A DNA stretch of 64,000 nt from Gekko japonicus (Eukaryota), in contig NW_015160215.1 of NCBI RefSeq assembly GCF_001447785.1, forward strand, positions 983,616-1,047,615, given 5' to 3'. The translations under genes and the position numbers were made by a program. Below, piece after piece: positions 12,223 through 24,557 of this stretch (its first letter is position 1; each line of letters starts with the position of its first letter). The notes under the pieces were generated by a model, which saw only the letters and a program-made list of their open reading frames with translations, searched no databases and had not been told where the DNA came from.

Positions 12223-13543
12223 CCATCTGAGACAATGAAATCATGGACATAACAGTCTGCTGATGGGAGAGAATCCAGCCCTCACTGGCTTTACAGAGAG
12301 TAAAAACAGTGCAGTAATGGTACTGAGCATCTATTAAAGGACCTTCTTCCACTTACTAACAGATGTCAGTGCTGGTCTGCTCGGAATGGGAAGTTCCAGA
12401 ATTTAGTTCAGACTTGTATTACAGTTCCTCTGACAGCATTGAGCAGAAGACCACACTTGGAAAGACTCTTCTAAGAGTCTTCTAAGAGTCTGCTTCTTTT
12501 GCTCACAGCAGGCTTTCCAGATGTTGAAAAAGTTGGACAAATCCATTAAAAGCTGCCCAGATGGCAATATCTTTGCTAAAGTGTTGGCACTGATAACCTA
12601 AATTCCTGGAGTATGGGTATGAAGGGCAGTAAAGATTTCAGAAATGTTCATAATTAAGGTCATTTGAAACTGCAGAAGCCTTTTAAAATACTTACAAGTG
12701 CTTTAAAAATCTCAGTGAGTCAACACTTCCACCTATTTAGCCAGTCTGAAAATGTATAGATCCCAAAACACCTTTCCCCCCTCCCATTTGTCCTAGAAAA
12801 AGTTAACATTCAAAGCGAGTGTCTGGAACACATCTCATTTTTGTGGGGTGGAAGCAGTGCTGCGCATTGCCTCTCTTACCTACGAGCCTGGTAATATGTT
12901 TCATTTAGTACTTGCTGCCTTGCTGCCAAGGATGCTGCCTTGGGGCTAACTCTGGCTATGCTGATTGCTCTTTTCTATTAATTCATTTTCAACCTCTAAA
13001 TGCATAAACAGTTCCACAAGGGTACACTAAGGTCCCTGCACTCCTTCTTCTGAAGGAAAATGACCATTGACAGATTCTTCTGAATTTTGCACACTTTGGG
13101 AAGCTGGGAGCAATGCAACTGAGTCACATTATGCAAGGAAGGAGAGCCTTTCAATTTGTCTATCTGGGCTCAGAAAGAGAAAGCTAGTATGACACCTGTA
13201 GCATATATATCTATCAGTTGGTTTAGTAGTGAGTGAATTTGCTCCAGTCTGTCCCTTAATCCATTGGGCTGAGTTCTTAATGCTGGTGTAACTAGGAGAA
13301 TTTCTAAAATTGATTTTATCATTGGAGCCTGCACACTTGTCATGGCTTTTTTTTGGGGGGGGGGTTGTGGTTGTCCCCAACTCTACATTTGACCATGGTG
13401 CATATGTAGAAAACTGCAAGAAAAGCCATCTAGATGCCATCACACATGTACTTGCCTCAGGAAACTTCTTATGAGGTTTTACTGCTGTGCCGAACAACGG
13501 TAAATATTGGTAAAAGAAACAACAACAATAACAAAACAATTAT

Positions 13544-13993
13544 ATGTTGTCGAAGGCTTTCACAGCCGGAGTTCATTCGTTGCTGTAGATTTTCCGGGAT
13601 GTGTGGCCATGGTCTTGGCATTGTAGAACCTGACATTCTGCCAGTAACTGTGACTACAGATAAGATTAGAATTTCAACAGCCAATCCACATACAAAAGAA
13701 CCTCCTCAGGAAACAGGAAACCTCCTCAGGAAATAATCTATATACAAAAGAACCTCCTCAGGAAAGCTCTTCCATTAGCATGTTCATAGCCTGGGGGACT
13801 CCTACATGATAATGACTCAGCCCCACCTTCTGGAGTAGATATAAATTACCTGCCTACCATTTTCTTCTCACCTTGACACAGAGAGAACTCCATCTTTCTA
13901 TGTTATATCTCTGAGGATGCCAGTCACAGTTACTGGCAAAATGTCAGGTTCTACAATGTCCATGGCCACACAACCCGGAAAATCTACAGCAAC
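13544..13993 (+). mobile_element. Penelope-like element 3' end with an inverted terminal segment and a decayed hammerhead
   Basis: 13578-13655 is the inverted copy of 13921-13993; TSD taacaaaacaattat / taacaaaataattgt; hammerhead-like core at 13911-13948. Confidence 0.8.
13908..13948 (+). ncRNA. Minimal type I hammerhead ribozyme motif, CpG-decayed and probably inactive
   Basis: CTGAGGA-T-GCCAGT-cacagtt-ACTGGC-AAAA-TGTC-AGG. The expected GAAA-CGTC is altered by two CpG-type transitions. Confidence 0.7.
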
Positions 13994-16239
13994 TAACAAA
14001 ATAATTGTTATACTATTCTACTCATATGGCTATCAAGCTTGCTCCTTTGCAGTCCCCCCCCCTATTATCCATATGTATGTCAGGAGGAAAGGGGAGAAAT
14101 ATTAAAAGGAAATTACTAAAAAAGTTTAGGCTTTAACTAAAAGTGTGCATTTCTATACACAATACTCTGTACAAAATGTTAGTATTGATTCAGTAAACAA
14201 CTAATTCACAACTATAAAATCAGGGGGGAAATTTAGATGAGAAAAAATTTGGAAGCATCTCTACATGATTTTTGGGTCCATATGAGAGCTGAGCAAAGAG
14301 CAGCAGACAACTGCTGAGACCCTCATGAAGACTGCTAGTTTGCTGCAGTGTGGAGGGCTACAGAGGCTGATGGGTTCCACAACTATGGGGTGGGCAGAGA
14401 AACATGGAGTGGTTTTGTTGCGGGCCACTGAACTCATATTTCCTGGGCTCAGAATTATTAGCATCAGCATCTTGCAGTACTTTCTGATATGAAAGTGAGC
14501 AGTGCCACCACAAATTCTTCAGAAAGTATATCCAAATCAGTAGACTCAGAGCATCCATCCAACCCAGAGAAGAACCCTCTTCCTCCCTTCTTTCCCTCCT
14601 GCTCTACCCAGCCTCACTGCTGCTTGGTCAGATTGTTGGTGCTGGCTGGCCAGGCAGTTAGGCTTATGGTTCACCAACCAATGGGCAAGTGGCCATGATG
14701 TTTCTTTCTCTTGATCCCTCTTCCTTGGTGCACATTGTGATGTCTGACCTCTTAATGTCAGGAGCTGGGAAAGTCAGCTTCATTTGCCCTGAGCGATGCC
14801 AAAACAAAATCTCAGTGTGGGGAAACCAGGAGAGGTTGTTGTTGTGGGGGGGGGGAAACTAGAAAGAGGAGCTGTCTGTCTGCCTGTCAGCCAGCTAGAC
14901 TCTCAGCTGCTGACCTGCAGCAACCACTATCATCACCACATCTGGTAGGGCAGCTGTTAGCTACTTATTGCCTGGTTGGTGAGCTGCCACCATCACCACC
15001 ACACAAGCTGAGAGTATTGCTGTAGCCAAAGGCGCAGTGCTAAGTGGGTGGGTGTAAGGATTGGGGCAATTAGGGAGTTCTCCATGGTCACTTCAACAAT
15101 CCTTTAAAATTTGAACTGGAGAGCATTCATGAGTAGGTTGAGAATTGTGCAAGACTATGCAGGAAACTTGCAGTGCTGCTTTTCATCCTGCTTCCTGTTT
15201 AGAGTATGCTCTAAACCCCTGTTGCATCAAGGCTTGGTACAGTATGTTGGAGTACATTAGGCTTTTAAAAATCTGGACCCCTTGTGGTTGCCTTCTTTAG
15301 CAGCCTCCTTGCACAGCTGAATGCAGGGCAGGAATATCAAGATTTCTCTGGAGCAACTGATGTCCAGAACTTCCCATCCATATTAGATCTGGATGATCAT
15401 GTTGTATCATGTGGTTAGAAAACAGCCAAGAGGCTTCTGTGATCCAGTATACAAGCCGTTCAACAGACTTCTGCACTGTAGAAAATGTGTTCTGCATCCC
15501 TCGCGTAATGTCAGTGTGACCATATCTGCAAACGTAAATGAGTGACATTCAATTATATTCATAGGCAATGCAAAAAGCCACTGAGGAAGCAATTTACTGC
15601 TCTAGCACAGTATGCAATTCTTCACTTGAAATCAATTTTTCATTATATGGAGGAATAGTATGTTGAGTTGATATATTTGTTCTTGTAATTTGATAGAGTA
15701 GCTGGTAATGTGTAAAGCTTGTCTCTATCAGGAAAATGACATTTGACAAACTAGGGAAATGTGTAAGAATCTCTGCTAATAAAATCACATCATGTTTTCT
15801 GATAGAATTTCTGAGTTAATGACAGAAGGTTCCACACCCAGACATAAGTGAACTCTCAGAGTCCAAACTGTCTCAGTCTGCCCTTTTCCTAGTGTAATTG
15901 GTGATGTTGCATCTGAAGAACGACTGACAGATGACTTCAGGATATGACCTTTCACCTTTAATGCCTGCCACCTGGTCTCCAGTACTGTAATGCACGTAGA
16001 GAATTCTGTGGTTGCCAGGTTGTTTGTTCTTAAAACAAAACAAAACAAAAACTATGAATGTTTATTCAAACATTTTGAATAATGATATTGGATATACTGT
16101 GTATTAGGAATTATAGACAACAAGAAGGGGGACTCGCGATACTTGCAGGGAGGGAAGTATTCCCCACAGCTCCTGGCTGGCAGAAGCAGGAGGAGCTCCG
16201 CAGGAGGAGGAAGCGGCAGCAGGGGAGCCCAGCAGGTGG

Positions 16240-16560
16240 ACCTATCAGGCCCACCAAGTCTTCTCCCTCCTCCCTCCCCCCCAGTGGCAGCGAGGCCTGA
16301 GGCCCACCAAGCCTTCTCCCCCCCCCACTCCCAACACCAGCGGCGGTGAGGCCTGCCAAGCCTCCTCCCTCCCTGCAGTGGTGGCAAGGCCTGGGGCCTG
16401 CCAAGACTTCTCCTGCCCCTCTCTCCAGTGGCAGTGCGGCCTGAAGCCCGCCAAGCCTTCTCCCTCCTCCCCTCCCCCCGGTGGCAGTGAGGCCTGAGTG
16501 GCTCACAGCCACTGGCCCGCCAAGCATTCTCCTGCCTCCCTCTGGTGGCGGCAGTGAGAC
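16240..16560. repeat. GC-rich minisatellite, ~50-60 bp unit, about 6 degenerate copies
   Basis: Repeated gtggcag.gaggcctg...ccaagccttctccc units. Confidence 0.85.
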
Positions 16561-16769
16561 AGTTGCCAGGGCATTCTCTGTGTATGTGCACAGAATGCTC
16601 TTTTACTTTTTGGGGGGTTTAAGTATTCCCCCTATAGTTTTTTTAACTTTTTAGATTTTTCTGCACACCTGGGGATTGCCCCAAATGTGCAGGAAAATCT
16701 CTTTGCCCCCTAGGTGCCCTTGATGTGCGAATTTAGTTATCCGCACACAGGGGGAGCCTTGGCTATTAG

Positions 16770-17257
16770 CAGGGGTCATTTCATAGAAAAAGAGGTGCAG
16801 GAGCTCATTAGAATAACTTATTCACATAACTTATTTGCATATGGCACACCCCCTGACATCACCGGAAGTGTGTTAGAAGGCAACACCCACCGCTCAGGAT
16901 CCACTGGACTGTTTTGGATTGCTAGCTATTGGGGGCGGGGATGTGCAGATCTGCCCTCACAGAGGAGGGAGAGCTTGTACCTGAATAAAACTTGGTCTTA
17001 AAGGTGCCACTAGACTGTTTTGGATTGCTAGCTGTGGGGGGGGGGGGAATGTGCAGATCTGCCCTCACAGAGCAGGGAGAGTTTGTACCTGAAGTCAGGC
17101 CGGGAGGCTCTGCAACTTACCTGGCTGCTTCTTGCTCCTTGTGGCCCAACTGAGGGCTGCTGGGAGCAGGGGGTGGGGCTTGTTGCATGTGCCCACCCCC
17201 TGGGCTCCTTACTGCCGGAGCTCCGCTCCTGTGCGCTCCCGCAGGAAATTACCCCTG
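16770..17257. mobile_element. hAT MITE nested in Helitron copy 1
   Basis: TIRs caggggtcattt / aaattacccctg; perfect 8-bp TSD gctattag. Confidence 0.92.
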
Positions 17258-17915
17258 GCTATTAGTATATAGAAGTTGACTTATGTTAAGGCAATAATTA
17301 AACCAAGAACACTTTGCTAATAACATTGTCTATTTATTAATACAATCTAATTGAATAAAATAAAATGATGATGGAAGTTTATGTGATCCTCTTTAGGGTA
17401 GTGTACAACTTCCTATACGGTACCAATCCAGCTGAAAAGCAATTAGACAGCAAATAAGTGATGATTTATGGAACACTATAAAACCTTGAATTCTTACTAA
17501 TAGTTAATGTTATTGTGATTTAAGAAAAAAACACAAACAAAATCAGAAAAGGGGGGGAGAAAATTCTGTTAATTACAGCAGAAGAAAGAAAGTGTACCAA
17601 ATGGGAGGATAATTTCTTTACTCTTACTAACTCTGTAGAAGAGAAAAGATCAGCAGGTGCGAATTATTTGCATCTTACAAGCTGCACATATTAAAGCTCT
17701 GGGTTCAAATCCAGACTCAGCCCTAAAGATCACTAAATGACCATAGGCTTTACAATAAATGGCTACTAGCCAAGTTGACTAATAGTAGCCTCCATTTCCA
17801 GAGGGCGTTAACATCTGAATAACAATGCTAGGAGGCAGCATCAGGTGAAGGCCTTTGGGCAGCTTGTTGGTCACTGTGAAACTGTAAATTGGAATAGATG
17901 GACCATAGATCTAAT

Positions 17916-18218
17916 CAGGGCTCTTTTTGTAGAAAAAGCCCAGCAGGAACTCATTAGCACAATAGGCCACACCCAACAGCAGGAACTCATTAGCATATTG
18001 GGCCACACCCCTGACAGCACAGCTCATTATCACATATGTGCTTTTTTGTAGCAGGAACTCCTTTGCATGTTAAGCCACACACCCCTAATGTAGCCAATCC
18101 TAATGAGTTTCTGATTTTGGGTGTGGCCTATTATGCTAATGAGTTCCTGCTGGGCATGGCCAACTTGGGAGCCAGCCAGAACTCCGTTCCTGTGTGTTCC
18201 TGCCCAAAAATAGCCCTG
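17916..18218. mobile_element. hAT MITE, inserted at a CR1 3' UTR remnant (~17750-17915)
   Basis: TIRs cagggctctttttg / caaaaatagccctg; TSD gatctaat/gatgtaat; repeated caggaactcattagca motifs. Confidence 0.88.
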
Positions 18219-19503
18219 GATGTAATCCAGCAGGACCCTTTATGATCTGATGAATGTGGAAGCCTGTGCATTTTATGTACTCTTGGAGTTTGCAAAGCTC
18301 TGGGATGAGCTGTATGTGTGCATCTACACATGTTGCACAATGAATTCTACATACCATCTTCCTATGAATGAGATAGATAACGGTCATATTAGTTTTCACA
18401 CAATTATTGTGCAGAAGCGAGAAAGATACCATTCAAGTATCTCATACAATGCAGGATGTGATATGGAATTTGGCACTTTGTGTAGATTCTGGTAATGGAT
18501 ACATAAACTTGAGAAACTTAAGGCAATAAGAAATGAGTTGATATGGCTTTTTCATTTCTTTTTTATTTTCTGTGTTGTCATTGTTAGTGCTTTTGGACTA
18601 CCTCATTTCCATTTCTGTTGTTGACACTTTTTTTATTTCAGGAAAATTCAGCATGAAGATGCAGAACATAATGGTTTGTTTTCTTATAAGGGAGGAGCAA
18701 AATTGAAATAGAGATATTCATATTGAGCCAGAAAACTTGAAAAAAGGTAGTGGGGAAATCTAATGAAATTAGAGCTGGAAACCGACAACAGTTTTTAAGG
18801 GAACTGAAAGAAGTTTAACAGAGGTGCCACTGTTCATGGTTTGTATGCATAGGCACACACACAAACCCATTCCCACCTGCACCATTTACATTGCAGCCCT
18901 AAACAGAGTTACACCTAAATCCATTCAAGTCCCTTGGGTGATGGAGTGACACAGTCCTTCAGAAATTCTCACCGATTGCATAGATTTGCAGGAAAGTTAC
19001 ACTTGGCAACAAGTTTTCCCTGTTGAAACTAATGGAAGTTAAGATTTGATTTTCTAAGACAATTAACTTCAATTCCAGTGTAAAAGAATTCAGACACAAA
19101 TTTGAAAAATAACAAATGATCCACCTCCACCTTTCCCCCTGCACACCTTTAATGCCGTATCATCATTTCATGCTTTTCATGTGTAAGTGCAAAGCTTTTT
19201 TCTGTATTAATCAAAAAAAATTCTTTTAGCTCTGGTCTTTTAAAAAGAGTTTGAATTGTTCAAAATTAGCATGAAAAATGTACAAAATAGCACAATTAAC
19301 ATAAAATTGCATTAAGCATCAGATTAGCATATCCTGCCAGTGAGTTTTCTACATAAAATACTGGCAGCCCTTCACCTTGTATCATCTAATAAGCTGTATT
19401 TAATACATTGTATTCAGAGTTTGCAGCTTTTCTTCATCCAAAAAAAGCCTCTCTAGATTGTAGGTTATAATAGCTGGTAGAGATGAGAGTTCACTTTTTC
19501 CCA

Positions 19504-19642
19504 NNNNNNNNNNNNNNNNNNNNNNNNNNNNNNNNNNNNNNNNNNNNNNNNNNNNNNNNNNNNNNNNNNNNNNNNNNNNNNNNNNNNNNNNNNNNNNNNN
19601 NNNNNNNNNNNNNNNNNNNNNNNNNNNNNNNNNNNNNNNNNN
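19504..19642. other. Assembly gap (run of N)
   Basis: Directly visible. Confidence 1.
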
Positions 19643-19699
19643 CCTACTGAAACTGAAGGAATTGCTAATTATCTTTAACCTATCAGAATTATGTCTATC

Positions 19700-19995
19700 A
19701 AAAAACCAGAGGGAGACATGATCAAATTTTTTCAAACACTTGAAGGTCTGTCACATGAAAAAATTGTTCTGGTGCTCCAGAGATCAAGACTATCTAGTGG
19801 GCTTCAGTTTCAGGAGGGTAAGTTTTGGTTGAACATTAGAAGAAACTTCCTAATAGTAAGAATGGCTCAGCTATGAAAGTCATTACTGGATGTTTTCCAG
19901 GACAGGCTGAATCACTATCTGTTGGGAATGCTCTAGCTTCGTGCTTCCTGCAATGAGACAAAAAAATTGGTCTAGATGACCTGTGAAGCCTCTTC
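19700..19995 (+). mobile_element. Old CR1 LINE 3' fragment
   Basis: GDMIKFFQTL..., LQFQEGKFWLNIRRNFLIVR resemble the CR1 ORF2 C-terminus. Confidence 0.75.
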
Positions 19996-20205
19996 CTGCC
20001 AGGTAAATGAAATTCAGGGGGAGCAATTTGCTTCAATTGCTTCATTGTTGGCTTAAATATTAGCAGTGTTTTTAATGGTGGAAAGTATACCATCAGAAAA
20101 GCTGTTTGTTGCCTTCAAGGATCACACAATCTAAAATGTATAGGCACAGAAGTGGTTTATAGTTCAGATCCATAAGGACAGTATACAATGTAAATTATGG
20201 CAACA

Positions 20206-20730
20206 CAAGAAAGGGGACCCGCGATACTCATGGGGGGGGGGGTCCAGGCAGAGCAGGAGGAGGAGGAAGCAGCAGCAGGTAAGCTTCCCCCCCATCCCTG
20301 CTGATTCCCCCCCTCAGGCGGCCCGCAGCCGCTGGGCCTTGCCGGTCTCCTCCCCGGTCTCCTCCCATCCCCCAACTCTCGCCAATCTCCCCCCTGTCTC
20401 CTCCCCCACCCCGGATCTGGCAGCAAGGCCGTCTCACCGATCTTCTTCTTCCCCTTCCCCCCCACTCCGGCGGTCTCCTCCTCTGAGAGGCTTCCAACCA
20501 CCAGCTTGCCACAGTTCCCAGAGTGTTCCCTGTGCATGCACAGGGAAGGCTGTTTTACTTTTGGGGGGATTTAAATATCGCCCAGTTTCTTTTTTCAACT
20601 TTTTAGATTTTTGTGCACACCTGGGGACTGCCCCAAGTATGCAGGAAAATCTCCCTGCTCCTCAGATGCCCCCGATGTGCGGATTTAGATATCCGCACAC
20701 AGGGGGTGCCTTCACTATTAGAAATATAGA
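20206..20730 (-). mobile_element. Non-autonomous Helitron copy 2
   Basis: Minus strand: A|TCTATATTTCTAATAG at the 5' end; CCCATGA-GTA-TCGCGGG hairpin then TCCCCTTTCTTG|T at the 3' end; insertion between A and T. Confidence 0.8.
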
Positions 20731-20735
20731 TGGGG

Positions 20736-22013
20736 CAGAGGTAATCTGGCAAACAAACGCGGAAAGACATGAAAATATCCACCTAATAATTTTTTTGGAA
20801 GCAGCTTTAGAAGTCTGGGACAGAAGACGACAGACACTTCTTTCAAAAAACTCCAGACTATCATCTTTTTTAAACCAAAACTGGTTTACCCCAGGAAAAG
20901 AACAAAAGGTGTTTCAGGCATGGAGACACGCTGGTATAACACGGTTGATCGACCTAACCGATAAAGGACTCCCCCTCACAAAAGCACAAATAGAGCAGAA
21001 AATTGGCGAGAAAGTACCTTGGTTCCGTTTTCTTCAAGTTCAACACATGCTGAGGGAAAGATCCCCCTCTGACTCATCCAACAAACAATTCACGGACTTT
21101 GAAAAACTAATTACACACAAAACTGACTCTAGTAAAGGCCTTATCTCCAAACTCTACAAGATCCTACGCAAGACTACAAAACTCACGCCCCTGAAATCCC
21201 AAAATCAATGGGCAAAGGATTGCCAAAATAGGATTCAGCCAGACCAATGGCCAGAGATATGGTCATCGCCAAACTTATCATCCAAGTCTTTCAATATCAA
21301 ATTAACCTCCTTTAAGATGCTATACCGCTGTTACCTAACTCCAGTTCGCCTGAACCAGATCTACCCCGGCTATGATAAAAAATGCTGGAAAGGCTGTGGA
21401 CAACCAGCAGATTTTCTCCATTGCTGGTGGTTGGGTCCAAAAATCCAATCGTTTTGGTCTCAGATTCTAACTAATATCAAAAGTATCATAGGTCTTGACT
21501 TACCTGCACTCCCAGAAACGGTCCTTCTAGACGTCATCCCAGACACCTGTGAACAGAAAACACAAAAAAGGTTAATCGCTACTTTACTGGCAATAGATAA
21601 GATAACAGTGGCTCAAAAATGGAAAGGAAACGTCATACCTAGCCTTTTTGACTGGCAGAATAATTTATGGGAACATTTCGTATATGGAAAAATGATCCAG
21701 AAACAATCACAAGGCGCCGCGACAACTTTCCAGGCAATATGGTTCCCGATACTGCAATACCTGGTGCAAAGCGAAATAATCCCAAAAAAAGACTACCTTA
21801 AAGATCTACTATTTTTCTGAACACTATATGACTCCTGAACCTTCTCTAATGTTCTTCCTTAATACGCGACAAACACGTCAAACTTGTTTTCTTTGATCTC
21901 TGTATTTGTATGCACTTCCTGAATGTGGTTAAACAGATGTACATGTTTTATTAGCTATTATTATTTTTGTGAAAAATTAATAAAAAGTTATTAAAAAAAA
22001 GAAAAGAAAAGAA
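20736..22013 (+). mobile_element. Young 5'-truncated L1-clade LINE (ORF2 C-terminus, 3' UTR, A-rich tail)
   Basis: Open frame to 21820 with YLTPVRL, CWKGC, DFLHCWW, IQSFW motifs; AATAAA and an A/GAAA tail; perfect 16-bp TSD agaaatatagatgggg (20720-20735 and 22014-22029). Confidence 0.93.
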
Positions 22014-22529
22014 AGAAATATAGATGGGGTAGGTCTCTCTCATTCAGGTCAAGTAGGATTTTGAGGACACATGCTGCTTGTGTATTGGAACAGTTGTTGG
22101 CATTCAGTATTATTTTAGGAAGCTAGTTTAGCTTGGAAGCCACTGTGGGTCCCTGTTCACAGTTTATGGCATTACGGAAATTATGCATGGCTTCAGATTA
22201 TAATCTGGTCATACCTGATCTAAAGGCAACATTTTAATAATAAGTGCTGCTTTTGCATCTGCAGAGCAAATGCTAGTTGTCATGTTTTCATATGCTTAAA
22301 GTTTAGTAGTTCAAACTACTACTGCAGACAATACATGCAAAATATTTGTGATCCCACTTAAAATACTTGGTGAATGCACATGGTGTGGGAATCAGGCAGG
22401 GCAGGCAAACTGGCAAGCCTAGAAGACAACCCACACAGCTGCCTCCTCCCTTGCTGCCAGGAACAAGAAAAACCTAAGTAATTTTTCTTTCTTTCAGGTG
22501 ATATGAGCAGAAGGCAGATGCAAGACAAG

Positions 22530-23024
22530 TAGGGATGGGCACAATTCATTTGTCATGAATTTTGCTCTGTTTGTGATGGGTCTACCATCATGAACTTCGT
22601 GACCGTTTACGGTAGTTCATAGCAATTCATGGAGAGAGCAGAAAGCAGGAGTTTAAAAGGGACTCAGAGTCCTTCTAAACCCCTGCTTTCTGCTCCCTGT
22701 GAAAGCTGCAAAAACAGCTCCTCAACTTTACGTTTAAAGGGACTGCACAAGACAGCCTGAAAAACATCTGAGCATTGGGGAACTGCACATGACAACCCAA
22801 AACAGCTGAGCAGTGGGGATCAGGCACTACCCGCCGCTCATCTGTTTTTCAGGCTTTCTTGTGCACTCCCTTTAAAGGTACTTCAGTCCCTTTCAATGAA
22901 GTTCATGGGGCCACAAACCAATTTGGTTCACAAACAAACTTCCCAGTTTGGTTTGTGGTTCAATTCATGGTTCAGCCATGAACTGACACGAGCCACATTT
23001 TTTTCCGGTTTGTGCCCATCCCTA
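22530..23024. mobile_element. hAT MITE (TAGGGATGGGCAC family)
   Basis: Perfect TIR tagggatgggcacaa / ttgtgcccatcccta; degenerate TSD aagacaag/gacacaag. Confidence 0.88.
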
Positions 23025-23845
23025 GACACAAGTGACAGCCACAGGAAAGCAGTGCACGAAGGTACATTTTCATACAATTCTGACCAATTTGTAGTGTTCA
23101 ATCACATAATGTTTGTGAAAGGTAGAGAGGGTCTGCTTTGACAACCATCTTTACATTTTTGTTACAGTGCAAACTTTAGGCTTCCAAAAGGTAAATAATA
23201 CATGACAAAAATCTACTGAAGTTATGGAACCTCTGACTGGTATTTTTTCTTTAAATATTAAACATTATTTTTGAAGTTGCTTGAACTGTGCTCAGTTGCA
23301 TACAACTGTTTCCCTGTTAGAAGAGAAATGTGCCAGACTCAGCCTTTTCCCCCTTCCCCCCCCCTTTGATGTCCATGCATACTAATGTTGGTTAGAACTT
23401 CTTAATAATGAATGAAGTATAGTACAAACCATACACAATTCCTGAACCAATAATTTAATGTTCATTTTAAGGTTAAAAGTTTTTGTAGGACTGGGTTTGC
23501 AAGTTTTCTGTGTGGGCCATCATAACAGATACATTACCATTTGAAATGATTCCATGCACGATCCATTGGGAATTCACTGAAATTAATAAGAGCTCCTGTA
23601 GCCTTCATTTGTGTTAATGGGTGTTGAACATCTCAGTAGACTGTAGGGTTGCCATATGGCTGCTGGGGGTAGGAGAACTCCTGCCACAATAGGCCCTTCT
23701 CTCTGCTGCTCATCTGGGTAATAGGAAAAATGGGAGGTGGATGCCAGTCTCCTGATGTACTGACATCACTTCTGGAGCAACTGGAAGTGACAGCAGCATG
23801 TAGATGATGATACTCCAGTATTAATTGAAACTCTATGGTTACTAC

Positions 23846-24053
23846 CAGTGTTCCCTCTAAGCTGAGTTAGTGTGAGCTAGCTCACAGTTTTTTAGCCTCC
23901 GGCTCACAGATTGTTGTCATAGCTCAGGAAGGATGTGGCTCCAGAGCAAACTAATTCATGCAGCAGCCCAATTGCTCGCTCACAACTTTAATGCCAGCAG
24001 CTCACAAAGTAGAATTTTTGCTCACAAGACTCCACAGCTTAGAGGGAGCCTTG
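23846..24053. mobile_element. hAT MITE (nested)
   Basis: TIRs cagtgttccctctaagctg / cagcttagagggagccttg; perfect TSD gttactac. Confidence 0.9.
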
Positions 24054-24137
24054 GTTACTACTCAGTTTTGATTAATGCAACAGCATCACTAAAGACACAC
24101 TGACATCACTTCTGGTTGTGGATGGAAGTGATTTCAG

Positions 24138-24557
24138 CAGGGGTCGTTTCATAGAAAAAGAGCTAGGGGAACTCATTAGCATATGCCACACCCTCTGACA
24201 TCACCGAAAGTGTGTCATAAGGCCACACCCCCTGACATCACCGGAAGTGTGTCATAAGGCGACACACCCTGCCCCCAACGGTCCCGGCCGCCGCCGGCCT
24301 TGCGGCTCCACTGCTGAGCCCCATGAGGCCGGTGGGAGTGCAAGGAAGCCCCGCGAAGGCCCTCCCTGGCCCCAGGCAGGCAGGGGTGGGGAGAGGCAGG
24401 GAGGAAGCAACTTACCCTCCCTCTTCTCCTGCCTCCTCCTGGCTGAATGAAGCGGGGCGGCCGGAAGCAGGGGGCGGGGCTTCGTCATGTGCCCCGCCCC
24501 CCGTACCTCACCCGGGGGAACTGCAATTCCCCGCGATCCCCCCCGAAATGACCTCTG
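24138..24557. mobile_element. hAT MITE (nested; same terminal family as 16770)
   Basis: TIRs caggggtcgtttc / gaaatgacctctg; TSD gatttcag/gatgtcag; CpG-rich. Confidence 0.88.

Larger units (their letters stand above)
16121..17273 (-). mobile_element. Non-autonomous Helitron copy 1 (internal ~55-bp minisatellite; nested hAT MITE)
   Basis: Minus strand: 5' TCTATATACTAATAG; 3' decayed hairpin (CCCGCGA-GTA-TCGCGGG type) ~10 nt before CTTG|T; no TSD; homologous to 20206-20730. Confidence 0.75.

Noticed and set aside
16052-16591. Overlapping 130-180 aa Gly/Arg-rich ORFs
   Set aside because: A by-product of the GC-rich minisatellite in the Helitron.
19400-19735. 111-aa ORF containing X residues
   Set aside because: An artefact of translating through the assembly gap.
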